From: a virus
Length of the DNA stretch: 37,038 nucleotides
Reading direction: 5' to 3' (one strand)
IMG/VR virus record: IMGVR_UViG_3300045988_084091
Span: 1-37,038 of that record
A model generated the notes under the pieces. That model ran no database searches and was not told where the DNA came from. It worked only from the letters and a program-made list of their open reading frames with translations. Positions 16,163 to 24,415 of this stretch are shown piece after piece; the first letter of the stretch is position 1; each line of letters starts with the position of its first letter. The translations under genes were made by a program, and so were the position numbers.

Positions 16163-16927
16163 TCACGTCTGTTGCAGCCTATATCGCCCGCTTTGCAGCG
16201 CAGCCTTGCCTCCGTCCTCCTGCTGCACCCACGCGCCATCCACTTTTTTGTACACCTTCGCTGCCTGCGCATACGCGCCGTCCCGCTTGACGTAGAGTGG
16301 GGCCGAGTCCGTTTCAATGTCCTCGTAGGTGACCTCAAGGTATACTTGGGTAATCCTATTCTGGAAATCATCATTTTTCGAGCTATTTTTGTTTCCGTTC
16401 AAAAATATATTGGCTCGAAAAAACGTTGTGCCCAATGAAAAATCGTTAACGACCAATTCGGTTGGGATGATTTCCTGCAAGGCACTATTGGTATAAGTGA
16501 ATTCAGACGCGTTCCATTCACGCGCATAATCGGCATAAGACGACGTAAGCGTGCCACTTAAATAAGAACTGGCGGGTGATACCGCGCTAGCATCAATCGG
16601 CGCGCCATCAAATAAAATGCCCGGCCCCTCAAGCAAAATATATCCCGAAGTTCTGCGTGTGTCGGCGCTGGCACTAGAGGTCGTTTTTGCGATAAAGTGC
16701 ATCTTAACGCGAAGTATCTTAACTGGTGTGTTCTTTTCCCACTTAAATACAACAGTGGCATTGTCCGTTCTGGACTTTGATGAGATCGCTTGAAAAATGT
16801 AACTTGCGTCGTTGTCGGCTGCTTCTTCGTTTATCAGCGAATAATAGCTGTCTCCGGCCGATTTACTTAAAGTGTATGCCGTAGTGCTTGGATAGTCACC
16901 AGTCGGCCTGAGAATTACTGTAGGCAC
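16163..16927 (-). CDS. Hypothetical tail/receptor-binding-like protein, 254 aa (GTG start), low-GC
   Basis: GTG at 16927 lies 5 nt after GAGGTGA. The N-terminal two thirds are markedly AT-richer than the rest of the genome. Last gene of the fibre cluster, before lysis. Confidence 0.65.
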   Translation of the reverse strand: MPTVILRPTGDYPSTTAYTLSKSAGDSYYSLINEEAADNDASYIFQAISSKSRTDNATVVFKWEKNTPVKILRVKMHFIAKTTSSASADTRRTSGYILLEGPGILFDGAPIDASAVSPASSYLSGTLTSSYADYAREWNASEFTYTNSALQEIIPTELVVNDFSLGTTFFRANIFLNGNKNSSKNDDFQNRITQVYLEVTYEDIETDSAPLYVKRDGAYAQAAKVYKKVDGAWVQQEDGGKAALQSGRYRLQQT

Positions 16928-17604
16928 GCAATCACCTCGTTCTTGAGCACGTCCTTTTGCAGCAGCCGACTGTCGACAGTTCCCGGTGTCTTTGCGGACT
17001 GCTTCGTACACAGCTGCCGGATGTAATCGCTTCTGTCCGCATAGCTGATCTGACAGGCAAAGACATAGACCCCGTTGATCCGGCGGTTCATCGACCCGAG
17101 AACTTTTTCATTGCCAACAAGGATATCGTTCCCGTCTACTCGAACACCATAGAGATACTTTGACATAATCCCTTTGATCTTGTCGAGCATATACGCCGTT
17201 CCCACGTCAATCGAATCCGGGATGATAACCGCGAGGCTGAGATCTTCCGGGCCGCTCACGATTGTGCCGCCGATGTAGTTCATGTCATACACACGCACGC
17301 CGAGTTTTTCGCAAAGCGCCCGATCAATCGGATCGCTGCCGTGCCAAACAAATACTTCATCAGCCGTCGGGATCCACAAGGACGGAGTTTTAGCAATAAC
17401 TGCGGCCTCAACTCGGCTCTCGATGTTATCCATGGTCGTCTCATGGATCTCTATACCGCAGTGCTTGAGAAGGTACTCGCGCTTATCCTCGAAATAATCA
17501 TTCAGGTCGGCATACCCGAAATCCGTTAAGTCGAGTACCGCGGGGCCGCCGGATAGCCGCAAAGAGAGATATTCTTTTTCCGCCCGTATTGCCGCTTCAA
17601 TCAT
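16915..17604 (-). CDS. Biotin/lipoate A/B protein ligase-fold protein (LplA/LipB-like), 229 aa
   Basis: IGGTIVSGPEDLSLAVI parallels LipB RGGxVTYHGPGQL and LplA SGGGAVFHDLGN. DGNDILVGNEKVLGSMNRRINGVYVFACQIS parallels LplA GRNDLVV..RKVSGSAYR....HHGTLL, including the catalytic-position Lys. ATG at 17604 follows GGGGTGAG. Confidence 0.55.
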   Translation of the reverse strand: MIEAAIRAEKEYLSLRLSGGPAVLDLTDFGYADLNDYFEDKREYLLKHCGIEIHETTMDNIESRVEAAVIAKTPSLWIPTADEVFVWHGSDPIDRALCEKLGVRVYDMNYIGGTIVSGPEDLSLAVIIPDSIDVGTAYMLDKIKGIMSKYLYGVRVDGNDILVGNEKVLGSMNRRINGVYVFACQISYADRSDYIRQLCTKQSAKTPGTVDSRLLQKDVLKNEVIACLQ

Positions 17605-17608
17605 GCTC

Positions 17609-17824
17609 TCACCCCATATCCAGATAGATATCCCCGTCCGCGCCCAGACTTGCATCCGGCGCGCCAGACCCGGTATACACCGTCGCGAACGTCACTGTGC
17701 CCGTCACGGGGGAGCCGGTCTTGTCGTGCGCCGTCACGCCTGCAAGTAGCTTATCCGCCGCCACGCTGTCGCCGGTCAGATCAATGAGCACGCGCGCATT
17801 GTATACGATTTTATTGACTGCCAT
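17609..17824 (-). CDS. Short fibre-module protein, 71 aa; N-terminal paralog of 17829-18401
   Basis: MAVNKIVYNARVLIDLTGDSVAADKLLAGVTAHDKTGSPVTGT aligns residue-for-residue with the N-terminus of the upstream gene. Confidence 0.7.
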   Translation of the reverse strand: MAVNKIVYNARVLIDLTGDSVAADKLLAGVTAHDKTGSPVTGTVTFATVYTGSGAPDASLGADGDIYLDMG

Positions 17825-17828
17825 CCCG

Positions 17829-18401
17829 TCACCCGATCGTTACCGTCGTGCCGCCCGCGTCGTTCGCGGCTTCGACGTAGGGGATCGCTGCCACTGTCGC
17901 GCTTGACAAGTAGTCATACCCACTGTCCGGCTGCACGACCTGCTGCGTCGTCCCCGGTGTTGCGGTCTTGCTCTGCGCTTTGATCGCCGCGCCGGAATAA
18001 CTGCCCTCCACGCCGAGGATCGTCACGCCGGACTTGATATTGCCCGCAATGAGCTTCGCCTGCTCGGTCGAACTGATGCCCACCTTGCCACCGCCGTTGT
18101 GATACCCAGCCGGGATCGTGTATTCGCCCGTTTTCGTGGCGATCGTGCCGGACACAGCGCCCCGGTTTGCCATCGTGCCAGTGCCCTTCGCGCCCTTGCG
18201 GTAATAGGTCTTGCCAAGCAACACGTCGCCATCCGCTGCATTGGCGTCACTCGTGTCGGCGTCATAGGTGCAAGTGCCCGTGATCTCCTCACCGTCCTTG
18301 CCATGCGCCGTAATGCCGGTCAGCAGCTTGTCCGCCACGACCGTGTCCTCGGTCAGGTCGATCAACACGTTGCCGCCATAAATAATTTTACTGTATGCCA
18401 T
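17829..18401 (-). CDS. Tail fibre/receptor-binding-like protein, 190 aa
   Basis: N-terminus MAYSKIIYGGNVLIDLTEDTVVADKLLTGITAHGKDGEEITGT, with a Gly/Thr-rich beta-type body. ATG follows GGAGG. Confidence 0.7.
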   Translation of the reverse strand: MAYSKIIYGGNVLIDLTEDTVVADKLLTGITAHGKDGEEITGTCTYDADTSDANAADGDVLLGKTYYRKGAKGTGTMANRGAVSGTIATKTGEYTIPAGYHNGGGKVGISSTEQAKLIAGNIKSGVTILGVEGSYSGAAIKAQSKTATPGTTQQVVQPDSGYDYLSSATVAAIPYVEAANDAGGTTVTIG

Positions 18402-18403
18402 AG

Positions 18404-18682
18404 TCAGCCTCCAACGATAAAAGTTACGCCGCCAGCGGCGTTTGGGATCTCCCGCGTCGGGATCATGTCGATGCGCACATCGTCGCGCATCGTCTTGCTG
18501 CGCGTTGGCAGCCTCTGCGCCGTGATCAGCGGCGTCACGTCATATGCGCCGTCGTAGTAGTCGGCATTGCCCTTTTCCACAACGACCGCCTCGCCCAAAG
18601 CCACGGCGAGCTTTTCCGGTTCTTTCACAGCGGCAGAGACCTTTCCGACCTCGTGCAGCCGCACCGTCATGATATTATCCAT
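18404..18682 (-). CDS. Hypothetical virion protein, 92 aa
   Basis: ATG follows GAGGAGGAG. Tightly packed inside the fibre cluster. Confidence 0.65.
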   Translation of the reverse strand: MDNIMTVRLHEVGKVSAAVKEPEKLAVALGEAVVVEKGNADYYDGAYDVTPLITAQRLPTRSKTMRDDVRIDMIPTREIPNAAGGVTFIVGG

Positions 18683-18697
18683 GCCGCTCCTCCTCTC

Positions 18698-19045
18698 TTA
18701 TGCCGTCCGCTTCCACACGTAAACCGCAAGATACGGCGGCATGTTATTATGCGCTCCGTCGCCGCCAGCGCTGGACGTGTAGCTGCCAATCGCATAATAC
18801 GTGCTGTCAGACGGGCCATCCGGGTAGTTGCCGGGCGCGGAGTGGTCAGCAGCTCCAGCATTAGGGAAGTACACCGCGTGGTTGTGGCTCGGCATCTCGC
18901 TTGTGGTAAGCGTGTGTGTCGCCTCTCCGCCGGTTGTGCCTGCTTTGTAGGTCGTGCCAGCAGCCAACAGAAATCTGTCCTTGATCTGTACCCACGTACC
19001 GCCGCCCGGTGTCCCACTGCCACAACGCTCCGCGCCCATCCGCAA
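18698..19045 (-). CDS. Tail-collar/baseplate-type fibre protein; start codon unresolved
   Basis: GGTWVQIKDRFLLAAG...GGEATHTLTTSEMPSHNH is the phage tail-collar-type motif. This frame offers only TTG 19045 or ATG 19039, and neither has a nearby SD. The strong AGGGAGG+ATG at 19058 is in another frame. Confidence 0.6.
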   Translation of the reverse strand: MRMGAERCGSGTPGGGTWVQIKDRFLLAAGTTYKAGTTGGEATHTLTTSEMPSHNHAVYFPNAGAADHSAPGNYPDGPSDSTYYAIGSYTSSAGGDGAHNNMPPYLAVYVWKRTA

Positions 19046-19072
19046 TTACGATTGTCATATGATGGCCTCCCT

Positions 19073-19714
19073 TTATTTGTACTTGCCGATGACGTGATAA
19101 CTGATCCTAGGATTCTGCAACGTCGCGCCGGATGCTCTCACGCACTGATACGCCGGGGCATACGTCAGCCGCGTGCCGAGATCATTTTCACTGCTTGACG
19201 CAATCCAGAAGTTACCATTTTCCGTCATTGGCGCCGCACTGACGGACGGCTCAGCGACAAATGCAAACGGATATTTCCGCGCCGTTTTGTTAACGGCATA
19301 CCCCATCCACGATGCGGTATACAGTGCGCCCCATGTCTGCGCTGTCATTTCCAACGACTCCGCGCCAAACACAGCCCACAGCTCCGCAATGCCGCTGTTC
19401 CATTTGCGCCACGTCCACACACCGGTCGTGCCCTGCTCGATGACGTAGTCCGCACCTCCGCCGCTTGCACCAATGTCGGCCAGCAGCTCCGCTGGCGTGC
19501 GATAGTACACCCAGCCAGACTCATCCAGCACGGCAATTTTACCGGGTGCGCGGCCGAGGTCGGTTGCTGCCGTCGTTTGCAGCCACGTGCCGGTAAAGTA
19601 TTTGCCGGAGACATTGCCCGTAAAAGTCCCGCCGGACTTGTCCATCTTGCCGGACAGCGCCGCCTTGACGAGCTGGATCAGCTTTTTAATCGCTGCACTT
19701 CCGCTTGTCTGCAT
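19073..19714 (-). CDS. Tail fibre protein, 213 aa
   Basis: The N-terminal IKKLIQLVKAALSGKMDKSGGTFTGNV repeats the KxDKSGGTxTG motif of the upstream fibre gene. Confidence 0.7.
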   Translation of the reverse strand: MQTSGSAAIKKLIQLVKAALSGKMDKSGGTFTGNVSGKYFTGTWLQTTAATDLGRAPGKIAVLDESGWVYYRTPAELLADIGASGGGADYVIEQGTTGVWTWRKWNSGIAELWAVFGAESLEMTAQTWGALYTASWMGYAVNKTARKYPFAFVAEPSVSAAPMTENGNFWIASSSENDLGTRLTYAPAYQCVRASGATLQNPRISYHVIGKYK

Positions 19715-19728
19715 AAGTCAGCCCCCCG

Positions 19729-20955
19729 TCAGATGGAATTCCAGAGCGTCTGCACCTCGTCCGCAGTCAGCTCCGTCAGGTCGATGATGCCCGCAAGCAC
19801 GTCCCACTTGTAGCTGCCGCTGCCAGCGTCCACGCACACGACGTTTGTGCCCGCGCCGTAGCTGTGTCCTGCACCCTCGACGAATGCCGCCGTCGTCGTG
19901 AAGGCATCGCTGACGTTGTACACCCAGCCCTTGTTTCCAGCCGCGGCCGTCGGCAGGGACGCGAACGCAATAGACCCCTTCGGCGTATACACACCAGTGA
20001 GCGCGCTGTTGATTGCGGATTTAACTTGCGCGGCCGTCTGCAAGCCGGAGACCTTGTTGTCCACATACGTTTTCGTGGTCGCGTCATTGCCATCGGTCGG
20101 AGCGCCGACAGAAAGTCTCGCATACGTTCCCGCCGCTTCTCCGGCAAGCGAGGCGCTGCTCCCGTCGTCGCAGGTAAGCGTGACCCCGTGCGAAAGGTCA
20201 GACGTATAAATGCCAAGATTCGTCGCGGAGAACGTGCCCGTGCGCAGGCTCCCGTCAACCACGAGGTTTCCGCCAACTGTGCCGCCCGTTTTATTCAACT
20301 TTTTGTCTAGCTCTGCTTTGATCGCCTTGTTCTGCACAGGGTTCGTGGACGTGCTGGAGACGGAGCTATCCACGGTCACGCCACCGGACGCGACCTTGCT
20401 GTCCACATAAGCCTTTGTGGCCGCGTCGTTGTCACCGGTCGGTGTGCCGACAGCGAACCGTGAATAGTGCGATTTTCCGTCGCTACTCAAGCTGGTAATT
20501 CTAGCTGCGTTATCTCCGGAACAGTCAATGAAGACAGACGCTTCCTCTGCGTCGTTGTTTAGCCCAAGCGACGGGGCAAGCAGAGCAAGTCCGGAATAAA
20601 TATGCCCCTCAGCGTCTATGTCGCTTTTTACTTCAAGGCTATTACCGGCGTTAATGAGGCCGTCCACTTTCAAGCTACCGGTGATCGTTCCGCCGCTTTT
20701 GTCCAGCTTTTCATCCATCGCCGCCTTGACGGCCTTGTTCTGCACGGGGTTGGCAGACCCAGCGTCCAGCGCTGCATCCACGGTGGTCTTGGTCGCACCC
20801 GCCTCGATGCCGTCCAGCTTCGTCTTGTCCGTCGCCGACATCAGGCCCGCCGCGCTCGTCGTCGCGTTTGTCTTATCAGCCTTGTTGTTGAGCGCCGTTT
20901 TCACCAACTGCATCAGCTTGTTCAGGGCGTTCTGCCCTGCGTATTTCGTTGCCAT
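19729..20955 (-). CDS. Tail fibre protein with an internal duplication, 408 aa
   Basis: ATG at 20955 follows GGGGGAG. NPVQNKAVKAAMDEKLDKSGGTITGSLKVDG and NPVQNKAIKAELDKKLNKTGGTVGGNLVVDG are two copies of a fibre repeat module. Confidence 0.8.
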   Translation of the reverse strand: MATKYAGQNALNKLMQLVKTALNNKADKTNATTSAAGLMSATDKTKLDGIEAGATKTTVDAALDAGSANPVQNKAVKAAMDEKLDKSGGTITGSLKVDGLINAGNSLEVKSDIDAEGHIYSGLALLAPSLGLNNDAEEASVFIDCSGDNAARITSLSSDGKSHYSRFAVGTPTGDNDAATKAYVDSKVASGGVTVDSSVSSTSTNPVQNKAIKAELDKKLNKTGGTVGGNLVVDGSLRTGTFSATNLGIYTSDLSHGVTLTCDDGSSASLAGEAAGTYARLSVGAPTDGNDATTKTYVDNKVSGLQTAAQVKSAINSALTGVYTPKGSIAFASLPTAAAGNKGWVYNVSDAFTTTAAFVEGAGHSYGAGTNVVCVDAGSGSYKWDVLAGIIDLTELTADEVQTLWNSI

Positions 20956-20965
20956 AGTTCTCCCC

Positions 20966-21298
20966 CTAAGCGTTATTCCACATGTCCACGACCTCAAGGA
21001 TCGTCAGCTCTTCATCCTCATCTACCGCGCCGACGTTTTCCGGCGTCAACTGTACATTTCCGGCGCCATCCGGCAGCACCCGGTTGACGCTCTGCACTGT
21101 GCCTCCACCGCTTCCGCCGCCGGTCGGTGTGCGCCAGCCCGTGTCATAGTCGCTGTCGGACAGCTTTGTCAGCGCCTGACCGGCCGTTCCGCCGGGTGGC
21201 ACACCGACACCGGGCGGCCCCGGCGGCCCTTGCAGCAGGATACCGCCGAGGCGTACCGTCAGCGAGAACCGGCCGTTTGCCGGTACGACCGCGGGCAT
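20966..21298 (-). CDS. Short collagen-like fibre protein, 110 aa
   Basis: GPPGPPGVGVPPGG tract and Gly-rich linkers. The C-terminus (ELTILEVVDMWNNA) resembles the C-terminus of the next fibre (LTADEVQTLWNSI). Confidence 0.65.
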   Translation of the reverse strand: MPAVVPANGRFSLTVRLGGILLQGPPGPPGVGVPPGGTAGQALTKLSDSDYDTGWRTPTGGGSGGGTVQSVNRVLPDGAGNVQLTPENVGAVDEDEELTILEVVDMWNNA

Positions 21299-21625
21299 TT
21301 ACAGCACCTCTTCGCTGATGGCGTCCGCGACCTTCGCTTTCAGTTCGTCGATCACGCCGAGCACCATGCCGCCCGGAAACTGCACACGCACGTCCACGCG
21401 GATTCTCTCGTTTTCGGGGAGCGTGAATGTTTCTTCCTGCGTCACGGGGACAACAAAGCACGAGATTTCGGGGCTATATGTGATTTGCCCGGGGTACAGT
21501 TTTCGGATGCCATCGCCGACGAACACCTCCACCTTTTCCACATCCGCATCGCTCAGTGTTTCACCGTTGAGCTGGATCTCCAGCGGAATGCCGTAAGCGT
21601 CACCCTGTTTGATTACAACTGCCAT
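21299..21625 (-). CDS. Hypothetical virion protein, 108 aa
   Basis: ATG follows GAGGGGTGA. Beta-rich sequence inside the tail module. Confidence 0.65.
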   Translation of the reverse strand: MAVVIKQGDAYGIPLEIQLNGETLSDADVEKVEVFVGDGIRKLYPGQITYSPEISCFVVPVTQEETFTLPENERIRVDVRVQFPGGMVLGVIDELKAKVADAISEEVL

Positions 21626-21636
21626 ATCATCACCCC

Positions 21637-22626
21637 TCAGCAGAAGTACCAGCCGGAAAGCATGATACTGTCATTCGCGTTTGCCACCACGCCAGACGGA
21701 AAACGAATCGTCAGGTAACCGTCCGGTACCAACATCGCCGGAGCCGTCGTATACTCGGCATACCCCTGCGTCGACACGTACTGCACGCGCGCCGCGCAGC
21801 TCACCATCGCGAGCGGTGGTTTACTCAGGCCGGACAGCGTCAGCGATACGCCGTCCGTGATTTCGGCCGACGACAGACCACGCAGCTCCACCTGAAACAG
21901 CACCACGCCCAGCGCCCTCGCGTATACGAATTTGCAGCTCTGCACCGCCACTGCGCTTTCTGCGATGCCAGACGATGCCGTAACCGGAAGCGACTCAACA
22001 AGTGCTTTATCCCCGACCTTCTCGTTTGTCACAGCTCCGGCCGCGATCTTTTCCGTCGTAACTGCCCTGTCGGCCAGCGCGCTCGTCACAATCGCGCGTT
22101 CCCCGATATTTCTGCTTCCAATCGTGTAGTATGCGATCTTGTCCCCGGTCACGGCGTTGTCTACGATGTTGTGCCCTTCGACCGCGTCGTAGTCGATCTT
22201 GCCCCTCGTCACAGCCCCACTTGCGATCTTCGACTCCTCGACGGCCGCGTCTTTCAAGCGGTACGTATCTACAGCGCCCAGCTTGATTGCATTGGTGTCG
22301 ACCGCGCCGTCTGCAATCTTTGCTGCTGTGACAGCACCGTCCGCGATGCCGCCCTGCGACACACCCGCGATCTGGCTCTGCACGTTCTCGATCGCATCCT
22401 GCACGTTATCAGCGTTGACGGCCGTTGTCGGTGCAAAGCCGATGTTCTTTGCGGCGGCGTTCTCGCCGAGCGCAGCGACCAGATCGTTGAGCGCCTTTTT
22501 CAGCAGGTTTCCTGCAAGGTCAAACTTTGCTTTCAGAGACGCGGCGGACAGGCCGCCAACGTCGTTCGGCTCGTCATCCAGTTTGGAGATGATGTTCATG
22601 TCTTCATTGCACGTCGGAAGTGCCAT
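21637..22626 (-). CDS. Tail fibre/spike-like protein with degenerate AVTxxKI repeats, 329 aa
   Basis: About 10 copies of [DG]-x-AVT-x-x-KI-A-x-G (for example DGAVTAAKIADGAVDTNAIKLGAVDTYRLKDAAVEESKIASGAVTRGKI). ATG follows AGGAGGG. Confidence 0.7.
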   Translation of the reverse strand: MALPTCNEDMNIISKLDDEPNDVGGLSAASLKAKFDLAGNLLKKALNDLVAALGENAAAKNIGFAPTTAVNADNVQDAIENVQSQIAGVSQGGIADGAVTAAKIADGAVDTNAIKLGAVDTYRLKDAAVEESKIASGAVTRGKIDYDAVEGHNIVDNAVTGDKIAYYTIGSRNIGERAIVTSALADRAVTTEKIAAGAVTNEKVGDKALVESLPVTASSGIAESAVAVQSCKFVYARALGVVLFQVELRGLSSAEITDGVSLTLSGLSKPPLAMVSCAARVQYVSTQGYAEYTTAPAMLVPDGYLTIRFPSGVVANANDSIMLSGWYFC

Positions 22627-22637
22627 TTGTAACCCTC

Positions 22638-24410
22638 CTATCGCACATATCCTGTGAACCGCACGCGGATGTCGGCGCTCGTGACCGTTGCCGTCGTGTC
22701 CGCGTCATCGTTCGTCAGGATGAGCTTGTAGTATGTAAATTTCTTTGCTTTCAGTTTCAGCCGCGTCATATACGGGCGCTTGTTCGTGTTGAACGACCAG
22801 TGCGCAAAATTCGCGTGGTCAAACGCTGCGCTGTTGCGGAAAACCAGCTTCTTCGAGAAGTCCGCTTTTCGGTCTGTCATGACCGTCACGGTCATCGACC
22901 CGGCGTGCGTCGGCACGAGACCGACCCACAGCATGGCGGAGTATTTGCGCATGAAATCCGCGCCGAAGTGCATGTTGCCGCTCTCCCATCGTGCGTCGAT
23001 CGCTTCGCCGCAGTCGCTTCGGAACGCATCCGAAATCTCGACGAGCACATTTTCACGTGCGCCGAGCATTCTCCCGTATACGCGGTAAAAGTGCTTGACA
23101 GGGAAGTTCGTGTACAGATACCAGACATTGAGACCGTAGTTGTGTACAATGGCCGTGTCACCATATACGCAGTACCATTCTTTTCGGTCGTTGTCGTCCC
23201 AGCAATACGCCTGACGTAGGTCAAAGCCTTGCAACGCTTTCCACACGCGGTCGGAAATGCGCTTTGCCTGCCGTTCGTCGATCGTCAGGTTACTGGAGTA
23301 GCTGCTGTTGTTTTTCCATGTGTAGACGCTCTCCCCAAACAGGGTGTATGGGCTGTTGTCCACAAGCCGCGCCTGACCGGGAGCAATGTTGCCGATGGCC
23401 TTGTTTACTTGCGTCCAGTAAAACGCGGGGAGGATTTTGCCTTCTGCGTTCGTCACCGTGCCGTACTGCACGGAATATGCGGAATCCTCTTTGAACGCCA
23501 GCAGCCTGGAATAGTGGCGGATCATCGCCGTGATCGGCGTGTTCTCGTCGCCAATGTCCAGCACATTCATGTCCGGGAAGTATTCGGCGGTCGGGTTGCC
23601 GTCGATGTCCAGCCCGGAGTACAGCGCCTTGTTGCTTCCGTCGCCGTAGAGAAATACACGGTTGTCAGTCGCGCCGTTGTAAAGCTCTGCAAACTTCATT
23701 GCCCTGACCGTGCCGGAATCATCAGATGCCACGGTGTATTCCACTTCATACACATCCGCACCGGCTGCAGGCGCGCTCGTGAATGTGATCTTGCCTTCTG
23801 CAAACGTATAGTCCGCACCGGCTGTCAGCGCTGCGCCTGTCGCCCTGTTTTTCACGCTGACAGACAGCGTTCCACTTTCCGGGCACACATACACCGTGGA
23901 TTTTCCGTCCGTAGCAATGCGGTATTTTCGCTTGCTGGATAGCTTGTTGATCTGCTCCAGTTCCGTGCCGCTGCCGTCCGCGCCCACGCCCACAAGCACG
24001 GTTGGGACGTACCCGGTCACATCGGCGAGCGTATGGCCGTCAAACACCTTGTACTGCGTACCGTTGAGGATATAGAGCTTTTCCCGGAACCCGAAAAACT
24101 CCGTATGCGCGTCGGTGAGCGTGCCAAGCGTCGAGACCGCCGTGGTGGCTGGGAATCCGATTTTCCACAGCTTCCCGGCAGCGGCCGCTACCTGCACATA
24201 TTCGCCGCCGACATAGCCGCACCACGTTCCCTGAATTTCTCCGGGGAACGTATGAACGGCTTTCATACCGGGGCGCTTTCGCAGCGCGCCGTCCTGCGTC
24301 ACGCGCCAGTTGCGCATATCCGAAGCCTCACCGAGTTTCAGGCTTGTGTCGTCTGTTCCCGCCTGATTGACGCCGAGCCATTTCTGGATTCCGACGATCT
24401 TTTCGTTCAT
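22638..24410 (-). CDS. Tail tubular protein B / nozzle-like protein, 590 aa
   Basis: The N-terminus GVNQAGTDDTSLKLGEASDMRNWRVTQDGALRKRPG parallels the T7 gp12 N-terminus (GGISQQPD...GSRQVNGW...EGLQKRPP) as I recall it. The position after the adaptor fits. Confidence 0.5.
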   Translation of the reverse strand: MNEKIVGIQKWLGVNQAGTDDTSLKLGEASDMRNWRVTQDGALRKRPGMKAVHTFPGEIQGTWCGYVGGEYVQVAAAAGKLWKIGFPATTAVSTLGTLTDAHTEFFGFREKLYILNGTQYKVFDGHTLADVTGYVPTVLVGVGADGSGTELEQINKLSSKRKYRIATDGKSTVYVCPESGTLSVSVKNRATGAALTAGADYTFAEGKITFTSAPAAGADVYEVEYTVASDDSGTVRAMKFAELYNGATDNRVFLYGDGSNKALYSGLDIDGNPTAEYFPDMNVLDIGDENTPITAMIRHYSRLLAFKEDSAYSVQYGTVTNAEGKILPAFYWTQVNKAIGNIAPGQARLVDNSPYTLFGESVYTWKNNSSYSSNLTIDERQAKRISDRVWKALQGFDLRQAYCWDDNDRKEWYCVYGDTAIVHNYGLNVWYLYTNFPVKHFYRVYGRMLGARENVLVEISDAFRSDCGEAIDARWESGNMHFGADFMRKYSAMLWVGLVPTHAGSMTVTVMTDRKADFSKKLVFRNSAAFDHANFAHWSFNTNKRPYMTRLKLKAKKFTYYKLILTNDDADTTATVTSADIRVRFTGYVR

Positions 24411-24415
24411 GCGCT

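Noticed and set aside
17609-18401. Paralogous N-termini of two fibre genes as an invertible/shufflon-type host-range switch or DGR target
   Set aside because: Both copies are in the same orientation, and no flanking inverted repeats were found. The genome has no invertase or reverse transcriptase gene and no template-repeat/variable-repeat pair with A-specific differences.
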